NCBI GenBank assembly: GCA_027886825.1
Contig: JAPCJS010000002.1
Span: forward strand, 355 to 64,354
Origin: Nitrososphaerota archaeon
GTDB lineage: Archaea; Thermoproteota; Nitrososphaeria; Nitrososphaerales; Gagatemarchaeaceae
Direction: 5' to 3'
DNA length: 64,000 bases
The notes under the pieces were generated by a model. That model searched no databases, had not been told where the DNA came from, and worked only from the letters and a program-made list of their open reading frames with translations. The translations under genes and the position numbers were made by a program. Shown piece after piece: positions 8,524 to 18,084 of the stretch. Position 1 is the first letter of the stretch. Each line of letters starts with the position of its first letter.

Positions 8524-9489
8524 ATGAGAATCATGGAACACGATGAACTACCTTCGGGCCTGGAGGCGGACATACAGCTCCTTCGTCTCTCGGTCGGCTG
8601 GGCGCCGAGGGATTTCTACCTGACAGAGCAGGCCAGGAGCGCTGGATTTCCCTCCGCGGATTATTTCGGGCTCTATGCGGTCGAAGGCGACCGGATACTC
8701 TCGATGGTCCGTGTGCTGCGGCTGCCGTACACGTTCCCCGACGGCCACGCCGAGACCATATCGGGTGTCCTCAGCGTGATCACGAGGCAGGACTCCAGGG
8801 GGCGAGGCCTCGCACGACGGCTGCTGGACGAGGTCAACGCGCGGGAGCGCAGGGCAGGCAGCAGGTTCTCCCTTCTGTGGTCCGAATCGATCACGGCGCA
8901 CCGGCTCTATGAGTCGATGGGATACGAGGACGTCTATACGCCCGATATCGCCGCCAAAAGACCGCCCCACCGCGGCACCGCTGACGTCCCGTACGAGCTC
9001 GCGGCGGTCAAGGACGAGGACGTGCCTGCGATCGAGCGACTGCACGACGCCGCGACGCTGGAGAGGATCGGCTTTACGCCCAGGCCCCGAGGACTCCTCG
9101 GCTCCCTCATGACGTTCGGCCTCTTCAAGCCAGATTCTTTCCGGCTGATCCTCAGGAACGGGCGCCCCCTGGGCTACCTGGAGCTCCAGGAGGCACCTGG
9201 CTCGGTGAACGTATCAGAGGTCGTCATGACGGGGGACCCTTCGGACACTGCAGGCCTCCTGTCGGTCCTTGAACGGGCCTCTGCTGGCAGATGGCTGTCG
9301 TTCTGGAACACCTTCGTGCGTGACTCTAAGAAGGCCCTGGAAGGACGCGGCTACTCATTCTCGAATCTCGGGGATTCATTGTTGATGTCGGTGCCCCTGG
9401 ACAAGGTAAAATCGGAGACGCGCAGGCAGACATCTGTGCTCGGCACTGCCGATCAGAGGTTCGTGTGCCAGAGCCTCGACCACTTTTGA
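8524..9489 (+). CDS. GNAT-family N-acetyltransferase with C-terminal extension
   Basis: Acetyl-CoA motif RQDSRGRGLARRLL. Start set at MRIMEHDELP by colinearity with the paralog at 58177-59145. A TATA-like ATTTTAT lies about 40 nt upstream. Confidence 0.8.
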   Translation: MRIMEHDELPSGLEADIQLLRLSVGWAPRDFYLTEQARSAGFPSADYFGLYAVEGDRILSMVRVLRLPYTFPDGHAETISGVLSVITRQDSRGRGLARRLLDEVNARERRAGSRFSLLWSESITAHRLYESMGYEDVYTPDIAAKRPPHRGTADVPYELAAVKDEDVPAIERLHDAATLERIGFTPRPRGLLGSLMTFGLFKPDSFRLILRNGRPLGYLELQEAPGSVNVSEVVMTGDPSDTAGLLSVLERASAGRWLSFWNTFVRDSKKALEGRGYSFSNLGDSLLMSVPLDKVKSETRRQTSVLGTADQRFVCQSLDHF

Positions 9490-9592
9490 GCTCTGGTAAG
9501 ACCCCCGAAGGCGCAGGCCCGAGAGATCAGCGGCTGACGTGTGATGCCTCTTTTTGAACCATTATTAGAGCGATATCGGTCTGGGAGCCAGC

Positions 9593-10456
9593 ATGGAACT
9601 GAAAGGCAAGGTGTGTCTTGTCACGGGCGCTAGTTCTGGGATTGGAGAGGCGACGGCGGAGGGACTGGGCGCTCTCGGGGCTTCCGTGGTCGCGGTCATG
9701 CGCGACAAATCCCCGAAGGCAGAGTCCGCGATGAGGAAGATCGAGGCGGGGAGCAGGGACGGCGGAGGGTCCGTCTCTGCGATGTACGCAGACCTCTCGT
9801 CGCAGTCCTCGATACGCCGGCTCGCGCAGGACTTTGAGAAGAGGTTCGACAGGCTTGACGTGCTGATCAACAACGCCGGGGTGAGCCCCTGGAAGAGGCA
9901 CACGACGACAGACGGGCTCGAGCTGACCTTCGCAGTCAACGTCCTCGCGCCATTCCTGCTCGCTAACCTCCTGTTGGGAAGGCTGAAGGCCAGCGCCCCC
10001 TCGCGGATAGTCAACGTGAGCTCGGCGGCTGCAGGAGGGACCATCGAGTTCGACGACCTCCAGGGAGAGAAAAAGTACAGCATGTTCGCCGCCTATGGCA
10101 AGTCCAAGCTCGCCCTGAACGTGCTGACCGTCGAGCTCGCAAGACGGCTGCAGGGGACGGGTGTGACGGCCAACTTCCTTCACCCGGGGGTGGTGAGGAC
10201 GAACCTGGCCCGCGACATGAACCCGGTGGCCCAGGCCCTCACCTCTCTCGTAAAGCCGTTCATGGCCAGCCCGAAGAAGGGTTCGAGGACATCGATCTAC
10301 GTCGCGACGGCCCCGGAGCTGGAAGGGGTGAGCGGGAAGTACTTCTCGGGCGGCAAGGAGGCCACGGCTCCGAAGGGATCGTACGATGGAGCGGCGGCGA
10401 AGCGGCTCTGGGAGGTCTGCGAGCAGCTGACAGAGAAGCCGGCCTCCGGAGAGTAG
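9593..10456 (+). CDS. short-chain dehydrogenase/reductase (SDR)
   Basis: TGASSGIG cofactor motif, NNAG, and the catalytic YGKSK (Y-x3-K). Confidence 0.9.
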   Translation: MELKGKVCLVTGASSGIGEATAEGLGALGASVVAVMRDKSPKAESAMRKIEAGSRDGGGSVSAMYADLSSQSSIRRLAQDFEKRFDRLDVLINNAGVSPWKRHTTTDGLELTFAVNVLAPFLLANLLLGRLKASAPSRIVNVSSAAAGGTIEFDDLQGEKKYSMFAAYGKSKLALNVLTVELARRLQGTGVTANFLHPGVVRTNLARDMNPVAQALTSLVKPFMASPKKGSRTSIYVATAPELEGVSGKYFSGGKEATAPKGSYDGAAAKRLWEVCEQLTEKPASGE

Positions 10457-10692
10457 AACCGGGAATGGAGGATGTGTCCAGTTTTTCAGCTCGATGCAAT
10501 GCATGCGTCCGTGATGTGAAGCGCGACGGATCAAATCGAGAGACTTCACGGGGATAATCTAGTCGTAATCTACAAAGCTGATGAAAAGAATGTGTACGTC
10601 TCCAGACACGTCTCGCAGGCAGAGCCAAGCAAGACGCAAGCCCGGAAAGTCCGTCTAGCCGACGAAGAATCGCTCCTCGAAGGGGGCGCTGA

Positions 10693-11817
10693 CTAGAGCT
10701 TGGTTACCGAGGTTATCCTCAAGATCGCGGTGAACGTCAACGTCCCACCGGACGGTGCCGTATAGACGCCTGTGGTAGACCTTAGCGGTACAATCGTCGC
10801 TGTAGTTCCTGGGACGGAGCCTGCCTGGATCGAATAGACGCTGAACACATCAGGGGTGCCACCAAACGTGCAGACTGTCATAGGGGAGTTGATCCCATAG
10901 TTGGTGACCAACATGGTGGTTGGCCCTAGCGTCACGGTGGTCTGGTTGATCTTGACCACGCCGGGGAACGACACAGAGGATTGCAGGAATGTAGGGGTCC
11001 CGTACTCGGCCTCCAGCGGGAACGGGTCCGTCAGAGTAGCAGCAGCCGAGTAGGCTGCGGCGCCGGTCAAGTTCTGGCCGGAGATTTCTACGGCGATGAC
11101 AAACCCGGACGTCGTGATCCAAACGATTCCGCTCTCCGGGGGCGCGATGAGCGACTCGGTGAAGTTCACCTTGTAGGTGTCAGAGCCAGACTTGGGGCTG
11201 TACAGCTCCTTGTATGTGGATGTGCCATTGTAGACATACGAAGCCCCAGTTGTGGAGTTGTGCGTGGACCCGGATTCGTATACGGTCATCGCGGAGAAGT
11301 TGCCGAGGAAGAGAGGGAGCGGGTACAGGGTCGGAGGTGCGGTCGTGGTCGAAGAAGTAGTGGTGGTGGATGTGGTCGTAGAGGACGAAGTGGTGCTCGC
11401 CGTGCAGCTAAGGGAGGTCGACACGCTGGATGTCGTGGTGGTGGAGGACGAACTGGTGCTTGAACTGCTGGTGGTGCTCGTGGATGTCGTGGTCGTAGGA
11501 CTGGATGTCGTGGTGGATGTGGTGGTAGTAGGGGAAGTGCTAGTAGTGCTTGTCGAGGTGATATGGGAAGTGGTGGTGCTGGACGTGGATGTCGGAAGAG
11601 TGCTGGTACTGGTTGAGGTGATATGGGAAGTGGTGGTGCTGGACGTGGATGTCGGGATAATTGTCGATGACGAAGAGGTATGCGTGGAACTCGAAGAAGT
11701 ACTTGACGAGGAGCCGGATCCTAGCGCAAGATATCCGCCGACTCCCACAATCGCAACGATCACTATAATCCCGGCGACCAAAATGGTCCGGGCAATGCCG
11801 GCTCGCTTTACAAACAT
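10693..11817 (-). CDS. membrane-anchored Ser/Thr-rich surface protein
   Basis: N-terminal TM (ILVAGIIVIVAIVGVGGYLAL), about 130 aa of S/T low complexity with internal repeats, then a roughly 200-aa globular domain with N-x-S/T sequons. Confidence 0.65.
   Translation of the reverse strand: MFVKRAGIARTILVAGIIVIVAIVGVGGYLALGSGSSSSTSSSSTHTSSSSTIIPTSTSSTTTSHITSTSTSTLPTSTSSTTTSHITSTSTTSTSPTTTTSTTTSSPTTTTSTSTTSSSSTSSSSTTTTSSVSTSLSCTASTTSSSTTTSTTTTSSTTTAPPTLYPLPLFLGNFSAMTVYESGSTHNSTTGASYVYNGTSTYKELYSPKSGSDTYKVNFTESLIAPPESGIVWITTSGFVIAVEISGQNLTGAAAYSAAATLTDPFPLEAEYGTPTFLQSSVSFPGVVKINQTTVTLGPTTMLVTNYGINSPMTVCTFGGTPDVFSVYSIQAGSVPGTTATIVPLRSTTGVYTAPSGGTLTFTAILRITSVTKL
11555..11655. repeat. 60-bp-period tandem repeat inside the Ser/Thr-rich gene
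   Basis: The 41-bp block gaggtgatatgggaagtggtggtgctggacgtggatgtcgg occurs identically at 11555-11595 and 11615-11655. It encodes PTSTSSTTTSHITS twice. Confidence 0.85.
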
Positions 11818-11884
11818 AGGAATCTTAACGCCTCTTTGGGGCAGTATTTAAGCGCGATATAACTGCAAGAAACAGCAGAAAAGA

Positions 11885-12441
11885 GTGCAAAAAATGGAAA
11901 ATTTGACGGCGCTCTTGATCGTCGATGCGCAGGTGGACATGTTCTCTCCCGGCTCGTCGGTACACGCGGGCGAGACGATGCTCAGCACGCTGAGCTCGCT
12001 CATCGCACGGGCACGAGACGCTGGCGTTCCCGTAGTCTACATACAGAACAACGGAGGGGAGGGCGACCCCGACCAGCCCGATACTCCGGGATGGAGATCC
12101 ATCCAGATATCTTCCCTCACAGGGGCGACCTGGTCTTTCAAAAGTCGTATCCCGACGCCTTCAACCAGACAGGACTGCGTGAGGAACTCGCCCGGCGTGG
12201 CATCGGCCGTGTGATCGTCGCCGGAATGCAGACGGAGTACTGCATCGACGCCACCTGCCGGGGGGCTTCGGCGTTGGGCTACCAGGTCACGCTGGTAAGA
12301 GACGGACACAGCACGTACGACGCCGACAACCTTCCTGCAGCGGAGGTGATAGCGCGCCATAATGTCAGCATCGGCACGTTTGCCGCGGTGATTGAATCTG
12401 ACGCGATCGATTTCCGTCAGGGATCGTGCAGGAGAAGCTAG
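11885..12441 (+). pseudogene. isochorismatase-family cysteine hydrolase split by a 1-nt frameshift
   Basis: Track ORFs 11885-12214 and 12091-12441 together form one family member. The homology reads DTPGW then EIHPDIFP across tggag at 12092-12096, where tgggag is expected. The catalytic Cys context TEYCIDAT lies in the second part. Confidence 0.75.
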
Positions 12442-12822
12442 CTAGTCGCAGCTGCTTTGGCGTGGAGACTCGCGGAAGCGGTCTTCGTCACCTCGCGTGC
12501 TATGTTTGTCGTATTAGCCTTCCGTGCCGCCGCGACCTTCGATCTGCGCGACAAAGAACTAAACGCAAGATTCGTCGCAAGATGGGTGTTTAGATTGAAA
12601 GCGCCATCAATCCCTTCGTGAGTTTCTTGGACCGAACAGCAGCAGGTCCAGGAATCTTCTCTGGCGGAACCGTCACCGTCAGGAGCAGAACGACAGAGAG
12701 AGCCAGCCTCCAGGACCGATGGAGAGAAGAGGGGACGCCAGGTCTTCGGCCACGACGGGATCCGGGTGGCCGCGCGAGAGAAAGGGCTCATCGATAGGCA
12801 GGCGGTGGGGAGCCTCTCGTTC

Positions 12823-13146
12823 TCAAGACTTGCTGGCTGCAACCCTCGAGGAGGAGTTCTTCGCAGGCTTGGCTCTCGCGACCATCTTGCTCGCAGGCTT
12901 GGTCGTTTTCGTGGTCGGCTTTGTTGTCTTGTTCGCCTCCTCCTTCCTTGACCTCTGTCTCAGGAGCCTGCTGCCTATGACGCCTGCGACGGCTGCGGCC
13001 CCGATCCCGATAGCCGCTGCAGCGAGCGGATGTTCTTCGACAGGATTCTTTTTCTTATGCCCCAGGGAGCGAGCTCTCGTCACGACCGTGTCGGCAGCAT
13101 CTCCCACCGCGCCTCCCAAAGTCGATACCATCTTGTTCCGTTTCAC
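12823..13146 (-). CDS. small single-TM protein with a Lys/Thr-rich basic tail
   Basis: Central TM (AAAAIGIGAAAVAGVIG) flanked by charged segments. No recognisable family. Confidence 0.4.
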   Translation of the reverse strand: MKRNKMVSTLGGAVGDAADTVVTRARSLGHKKKNPVEEHPLAAAAIGIGAAAVAGVIGSRLLRQRSRKEEANKTTKPTTKTTKPASKMVARAKPAKNSSSRVAASKS

Positions 13147-13279
13147 TGTTAGTCGGGGAGGCCTACACCCGCGTATTTAATGAAGGAGCGCGAGAATCTT
13201 CCTTCGAGTCTTCCAGTGGACTTTTCCTCCGCGTGACCGATGCTCCGAGCAGACGGCTGCCTGACGGGCGCGACGTACG

Positions 13280-14029
13280 TCAGTCCAAGCTCTGATACAT
13301 GGACCCCATCAGGCTCGAGAGGTCAGCCTCCAGCTGTGAGAACGGCGCGGTTGAGGAGAGGTGTGCCTGAAGGAAGACGTTTCCGTCGGTGCAGATCCCG
13401 TTGGCGACGGCTATTCCGTCAACGTCCTCGCCGTACCCATAGCACTTCCCATACTGTTCATAGCCGTTGAGGACCGGCGTGATGTTCGTGTACCCCGGCA
13501 GTCCCACAACGTGCGAAGCGAAGAGGTCGTAGTAGGATTGGCTGGAGTTGGTCGTGCCGAACACGATCACGGTCATGTTTGCCAATGACTGTGACTCGTT
13601 CAAGATCGCATAGGCTGCGCTCTGTGCCCCCGGATGAGAGGAGTTCACCGCCCTCAGGGTCGTGGCGGTGTATCCCGCCGGACCCTGCTGCACGGCTGCC
13701 TGAATCACGGCGGTCGCAGATATGCTGTAGGTGGTGCTCGTCGTCTGGTCGTAGGTGGGACCGGGAGACGATCCGAACCCGCCGAAAGCGTAGATCGCAA
13801 GGAGCGCGACGAGGGCCACGGCGACCGCCCAGACGATATTGCTCTTCCTGCGGTAGCCCCTGGCTCTCGGCTTGCGGTCTGATGGTTCGGCGCCCGACAC
13901 TGGCGGAGCGGGCGTTGGCTGGGACGTGCCTTCCTCGTCGGACGGGGCCGCAGTCTGCCTCCGAGGGTGCCCGATGTCTCGAGCGGGGCCGTGGGTCGTC
14001 GTTGAAGGTACGCTGCCCACCAAGGTCAA
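13280..14029 (-). CDS. type II membrane-anchored extracellular protein, uncharacterised
   Basis: Pro-rich N-terminus, a TM (IVWAVAVALVALLAIYAFGGF), and an extracellular domain with several N-x-S/T sequons and Cys residues. Confidence 0.55.
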   Translation of the reverse strand: MTLVGSVPSTTTHGPARDIGHPRRQTAAPSDEEGTSQPTPAPPVSGAEPSDRKPRARGYRRKSNIVWAVAVALVALLAIYAFGGFGSSPGPTYDQTTSTTYSISATAVIQAAVQQGPAGYTATTLRAVNSSHPGAQSAAYAILNESQSLANMTVIVFGTTNSSQSYYDLFASHVVGLPGYTNITPVLNGYEQYGKCYGYGEDVDGIAVANGICTDGNVFLQAHLSSTAPFSQLEADLSSLMGSMYQSLD

Positions 14030-14190
14030 CTGGGCGAGGCCGTTCCGCGTTTCTATTTGAGCGTTGGTACAACCGATTCCTCTGCTCTCACGGGATGCCG
14101 ATGACAGGGCTGCCCCGTCGCGGCCGGAGCGTCCAACCGCCGCGCGTGTCTCGATTTATATATCCCGAGCTCCCAGATTGGACGATAGCC

Positions 14191-14598
14191 ATGGTAGTAA
14201 GGACAGTCGTGCACTTCGAAATCCCTGCGGATAACGTGGAAGGCCTGAGCAAGTTCTACAAGGATGTCTTCGGGTGGAAGTTCAGCAAGGCTCCGTTGCC
14301 AGACATGGAGTACTGGCTGATCTCGACCGGACCTGCCGGGAAGAGCGTCCCTGGTGGGATCTACAAGAAGACTAGGGCGCAGGACGGCCCGCGCAACTTC
14401 ATCCAAGTCGCAAAGATCGATGAAGTGATCGAGGCCTTCAAGGGGGCAGGAGGAAGGGAGATGATGGGCAAGCAGGAGGTACCAAACGTCGGGTTCACCT
14501 TCATTGGAATGGACCCTGAAGGCAACATGATCGGGCTGCACGAGCCATCTCGGAAGTCGAGGCGCGCACCGGCGAAGCCTAAGAAATCTCGCAGGTAG
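14191..14598 (+). CDS. VOC (glyoxalase/bleomycin-resistance fold) protein with a basic C-terminal tail
   Basis: Homology begins at MVVRTVVHFEIPADNVEGLSKFYKDVFGW. The long track ORF from 13579 is an upstream artefact. Confidence 0.8.
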   Translation: MVVRTVVHFEIPADNVEGLSKFYKDVFGWKFSKAPLPDMEYWLISTGPAGKSVPGGIYKKTRAQDGPRNFIQVAKIDEVIEAFKGAGGREMMGKQEVPNVGFTFIGMDPEGNMIGLHEPSRKSRRAPAKPKKSRR

Positions 14599-14699
14599 TC
14601 CACATCCAGCCAGGCCCGGTCCGTCGACCCATGTACGTCCGCACGATCAACGCCGTCGATGATCGGCTCCTGCCTCTAGAAGCGGGGTGATCGTGCGCA

Positions 14700-15296
14700 A
14701 TGAACCGGCTGGGGCCGGAGGACTACCAGAGCAACAGGCACATACGGAAGATACTCCGCCTCGCCGGAGCGACCAGGCAGGACGTCTTCTATGATCTCGG
14801 GTGCGGAAAGGGTCAGCTCTGCGTCGTCGCGGTGACCGAGTTCGGGGTGAGGAAGGCCGTGGGCATCGAGCTGCACAGGGGCCGCGCTGCAAAGGCGGCC
14901 GAGTACGTCAGGGAGCTTGGGCTGTCCGACAGGATCGAGATATGGAACGAGGACTACATGGAGTCGGACCTCGGAGAGGCGACTATCGCCTACTGCGGGC
15001 ACACCGAGACGGAGGAGGACGTCCCTCACTTCGAGGAGCAGCTCGGAGCCAGGAGCAGGTTCGTCTCCCTCTTCCTCCCCTTCGTAGGGGTCGTGCCGAC
15101 CGCCGTGGACTATCCGTTCTATCTGATGAAGCTCCCCTTCAAGAAGACGGACGACGCATCCCTCTGGATATCGGAGGTGCTCTCCAAGAAGGCCACCCTC
15201 GAGGAGCTCTACGAGGAGCTGGACAGCGACAGGGAGTACCGCTACGACAGACGGCTCTTCAGTCGGCTCTTGAGGGAGAGGTTTCCGGGCCTGTGA
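14700..15296 (+). CDS. class I SAM-dependent methyltransferase
   Basis: Motif I is VFYDLGCGKGQL, with an acidic residue in GIELH. Confidence 0.75.
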   Translation: MNRLGPEDYQSNRHIRKILRLAGATRQDVFYDLGCGKGQLCVVAVTEFGVRKAVGIELHRGRAAKAAEYVRELGLSDRIEIWNEDYMESDLGEATIAYCGHTETEEDVPHFEEQLGARSRFVSLFLPFVGVVPTAVDYPFYLMKLPFKKTDDASLWISEVLSKKATLEELYEELDSDREYRYDRRLFSRLLRERFPGL

Positions 15297-15370
15297 GCCC
15301 CGCGTGCGCTGACGGATGAGGAGGGCAGATCGTCTGGAAGCGCAGCCTTCTACGGTGAGGGCGTGCGGCG

Positions 15371-16033
15371 CTAAGCCGAGAGAGATCCCGGGAGCTGAGA
15401 GAGCCACCGCCGTGCTCCCTCGATATCGGCCTCTGTGAGCTGGTGTCCCGCCTCCTGCAAGAGAAGGGTTACCTCGGCCTTGCCGCGGCGGAAGAGGTCT
15501 GCGAGCGCCTCTGGTTGCCCTCGCGGGACCATGATGTCGCCGGTCCCTGCCTCGATCAGGATTCTCGTACCCGAGAGGTCGGGCACGTTCTGCATGGTAA
15601 ATGGGACCATCGGCCGGAACAGGACCGCGCCGCTGAGCAGGCCCGGGTGCAGCAGGAGCAGGCTTGCGGCGATGTTCGCGCCGTTCGAGTAGCCCACCGC
15701 GATCATCTTCCCCAGGCCGTATCTGGCGGATGCCTTCTCGATGAACCGGGCTAGCTCCTCTGCCCTGTTGACAAGGTCGTTGATGTCGAAGACCCCTTCG
15801 GCGAGCCTCCGGAAGAAGCGCGGCGCCCCGTTCTCGAGCACCTTCCCGCGGGGGCTGAGGAGCGCGGCGCCCGGAAGGAGCTGACTCCCCAGACCCAGGA
15901 GGTCGTTCTCGTTCCCACCCGTCCCGTGGAGGAGCAGGAGCGTGATTGGGCTCCCCTTCTCCGGGGGCACGAACCGATGGACGAAACCGAGCGAGCCGGA
16001 CTCTGTGCTGGACAAGCCGACCCTCGCGCTCAT
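15371..16033 (-). CDS. phospholipase/carboxylesterase-family alpha/beta hydrolase (MhqD-like)
   Basis: LLLHGTGGNENDL and the nucleophile elbow GYSNGAN. Start set at MSARVGL, whose ATG overlaps the upstream stop as ATGA. Confidence 0.8.
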   Translation of the reverse strand: MSARVGLSSTESGSLGFVHRFVPPEKGSPITLLLLHGTGGNENDLLGLGSQLLPGAALLSPRGKVLENGAPRFFRRLAEGVFDINDLVNRAEELARFIEKASARYGLGKMIAVGYSNGANIAASLLLLHPGLLSGAVLFRPMVPFTMQNVPDLSGTRILIEAGTGDIMVPRGQPEALADLFRRGKAEVTLLLQEAGHQLTEADIEGARRWLSQLPGSLSA

Positions 16034-17103
16034 CTCGTTTGCGTTAAGGCTTCCGGCATGGCCGGGGTGACCGGATATCTGGGCGGCCATCCGACAGGGT
16101 TCCCCTCGTCCGTCTTCTTGAGGAAGGCCTCGATCTCTGCCCTCCTCGGCTCGACCCACTTCGGGAGGACCAGACGCGATCCGAGCGTCTCCGGCGATTC
16201 GTCCGTGGCGTATCCAGGTCCCTTCGTGGCTATCTCCAGCAGGTTGCCCTCGGGGTCGCGGAAGTAGAGCGAGTGGAACCAGAACCTGTCGATTATCCCG
16301 GAGTTCTGGACCCCGACGTCGTCCAGGTGCCGCTTGATCTTCAGCTGGTCTCGGTCATCCTCCACAGCCATCGCGATGTGATGGACGCTGCCCCTGCCTA
16401 CGAGGCCCTCGCTGGCCCTCTCCGAGGCGAGATAGCGGATGAAGTCGGGCATCGCGCCGTTCCCGATGCCGAGGATCGTCGTGTCCCTCTCGTCGGGGTC
16501 CGGGAGGGAGAAGCTGTCCTTCAGGCCCAGGAACTTCTCGAAGAAGCGGGCGGTCAGCTTGGGGTCGGAGGTAATCGGGCTGGCGTGGTCGAACGTCGTC
16601 AACCTCATCTCCTTGGTGATCGCCGTGACACGCGGGAGGTCTCTCCCGAGCTCGGCGACGTCGGCCGCCGTGAGCTTCTGGTCGTTGACCGCCGTGAGCT
16701 CTATGCTGACGCCGTCCGGGTCCCTGAGGTAGAGCGAGACCCTCCCACCATCCCGGGGCAGGGGACCCACCACGTGCACTCCTGCGGCCCTGAGCCAGGA
16801 GGCCCAGGCCGGAAGGGCGTCAAGGCGTGGGACCCTGTAGGAGAGATGGTGGGGGGAGCCCAGCCCCGCGATCCCCTGAGGCAGGTCCGGCCACTCGAAG
16901 AACGTTATGGCGCTTCCCGTCGTGCCCTTCTCGTCGGCATAGAATAGATGCCTGTGGAGGATGTCGTCCTGGTTGACCGTGAGCTTGACCCTCCGGAGTC
17001 CCAGGACCTCGGTGTAGAACCTGCGGTTGACCTCCTGGTTCGAGGTGACCAGGGTTATGTGATGAAGGCCCTTCACCAGCCCGTCTAAAGATTGAACCGA
17101 CAT
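16030..17103 (-). CDS. ring-cleaving dioxygenase of the VOC superfamily (MhqA/MhqO-like)
   Basis: Two VOC modules. HHITLV and HHIAMAV are metal-ligand motifs. The FYTEVLGL and FFEWPD blocks are also present. Confidence 0.85.
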   Translation of the reverse strand: MSVQSLDGLVKGLHHITLVTSNQEVNRRFYTEVLGLRRVKLTVNQDDILHRHLFYADEKGTTGSAITFFEWPDLPQGIAGLGSPHHLSYRVPRLDALPAWASWLRAAGVHVVGPLPRDGGRVSLYLRDPDGVSIELTAVNDQKLTAADVAELGRDLPRVTAITKEMRLTTFDHASPITSDPKLTARFFEKFLGLKDSFSLPDPDERDTTILGIGNGAMPDFIRYLASERASEGLVGRGSVHHIAMAVEDDRDQLKIKRHLDDVGVQNSGIIDRFWFHSLYFRDPEGNLLEIATKGPGYATDESPETLGSRLVLPKWVEPRRAEIEAFLKKTDEGNPVGWPPRYPVTPAMPEALTQTR

Positions 17104-17234
17104 ACCGGGAGAGGGAGGCGCTCTTCCATTTATGCGTGGTAGTAAAGCGCTGCTGATTACCTAAGCGTCCCACCACCAGGTCAGCCGGGGGCGACCGGTC
17201 CACCTAGGGTTGTGCCGGGGCGCAGACGCTCCAA

Positions 17235-17507
17235 ATGTTGAATAGCTCGACGGTGCTCACTGCTGCGGCGTCCATAATGGTATCCGACGACCGTGAATTC
17301 CAGAAGAGAAAGGCAGAGCTTGAGGAACGGCTGGAGGAGCTCGAGAGCGAGAGAGTCTCTCTGCTATCCGAGGTGGAGTCGCTGAGACAGAAGCGCACCC
17401 TGCTCCATCTTGGTAAGAAGGGAGCGAGCCTGCAGGCCACCGTGGACATGCTGAAGGAACAGAAGGCAGACCTGGAAGCCCGGATCGCCTCGATCGAAGA
17501 CAGATAG
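17235..17507 (+). CDS. small coiled-coil protein, uncharacterised
   Basis: Heptad-rich (KRKAELEERLEELESERVSLLSEVESLRQK). Convergent with the next gene. Start uncertain. Confidence 0.45.
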   Translation: MLNSSTVLTAAASIMVSDDREFQKRKAELEERLEELESERVSLLSEVESLRQKRTLLHLGKKGASLQATVDMLKEQKADLEARIASIEDR

Positions 17508-17527
17508 CGGATTACGGCGGTTCTTGT

Positions 17528-17977
17528 CTAGGGGACTGCGACCTCGTGCTGCAGACGGTCGCGCTCCTCGCGCAGGTGCTCGACGTGTTTCTCCAGCTGC
17601 CCGAGCTCTGACTCGAGGCCGGCTATCACCTTGTCCCGCAGCTGCTGTGTCAGGGCCTCCTCGCGCTCGAGCTTCTCCTTGCGGAGGGCCTCGACAGTCA
17701 CGTCTAGGTCGGCTGCCTTGGCCTTGTTCTCCTCCGCCTCCTTCTTCAGGCGCTTGAACTCTGTATCGGGGACGAGAAGATAGTGGACGCGGCCGAGCAC
17801 CCGGGGAAACGTCGCGTCGCACCGCGGGCATCTGAACATCCCGACGTCCCTCTGGACGACACCGCGCTCGCCCTGCTCCGGCTCGACCACGACCTTGTAG
17901 ACCCTGTCTGGCGAGGATACGGGGGCTTTGCAGGTGGGGCAGGCGGGCATCATCAACCTCTCGGCTCGAGCAGGCAT
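17528..17977 (-). CDS. zinc-ribbon plus coiled-coil protein, uncharacterised
   Basis: CPTC-x38-CPRC four-Cys ribbon, followed by about 85 aa of heptad-rich helix. Confidence 0.6.
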   Translation of the reverse strand: MPARAERLMMPACPTCKAPVSSPDRVYKVVVEPEQGERGVVQRDVGMFRCPRCDATFPRVLGRVHYLLVPDTEFKRLKKEAEENKAKAADLDVTVEALRKEKLEREEALTQQLRDKVIAGLESELGQLEKHVEHLREERDRLQHEVAVP

Positions 17978-18084
17978 TTATGCGTGACGCGCGGAAGAGT
18001 TCAGACCGCGTGTGAGGTCTGGCCGTGGGGTCTGCCGGCACTCGAGACCGGGGGCAGGCTGGATCGGGGAGCCGATACCAGCCA

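Noticed and set aside
12438-12842. 134-aa minus-strand ORF downstream of the 107-aa small TM protein, considered as a frameshifted continuation of it.
   Set aside because: Only its last 40 residues (Lys/Ala/Thr-rich) resemble the tail of the upstream protein. The middle is compositionally odd (Cys/Trp/Pro-rich). I could not define a frameshift point, so it is left unannotated.
13579-14190. The upstream 204 codons of the 339-aa track ORF ending at 14598.
   Set aside because: Only the last 135 codons (from the ATG at 14191) look like a VOC protein. The upstream part is Arg/Pro/Ser-rich and overlaps the better minus-strand gene at 13280-14029.
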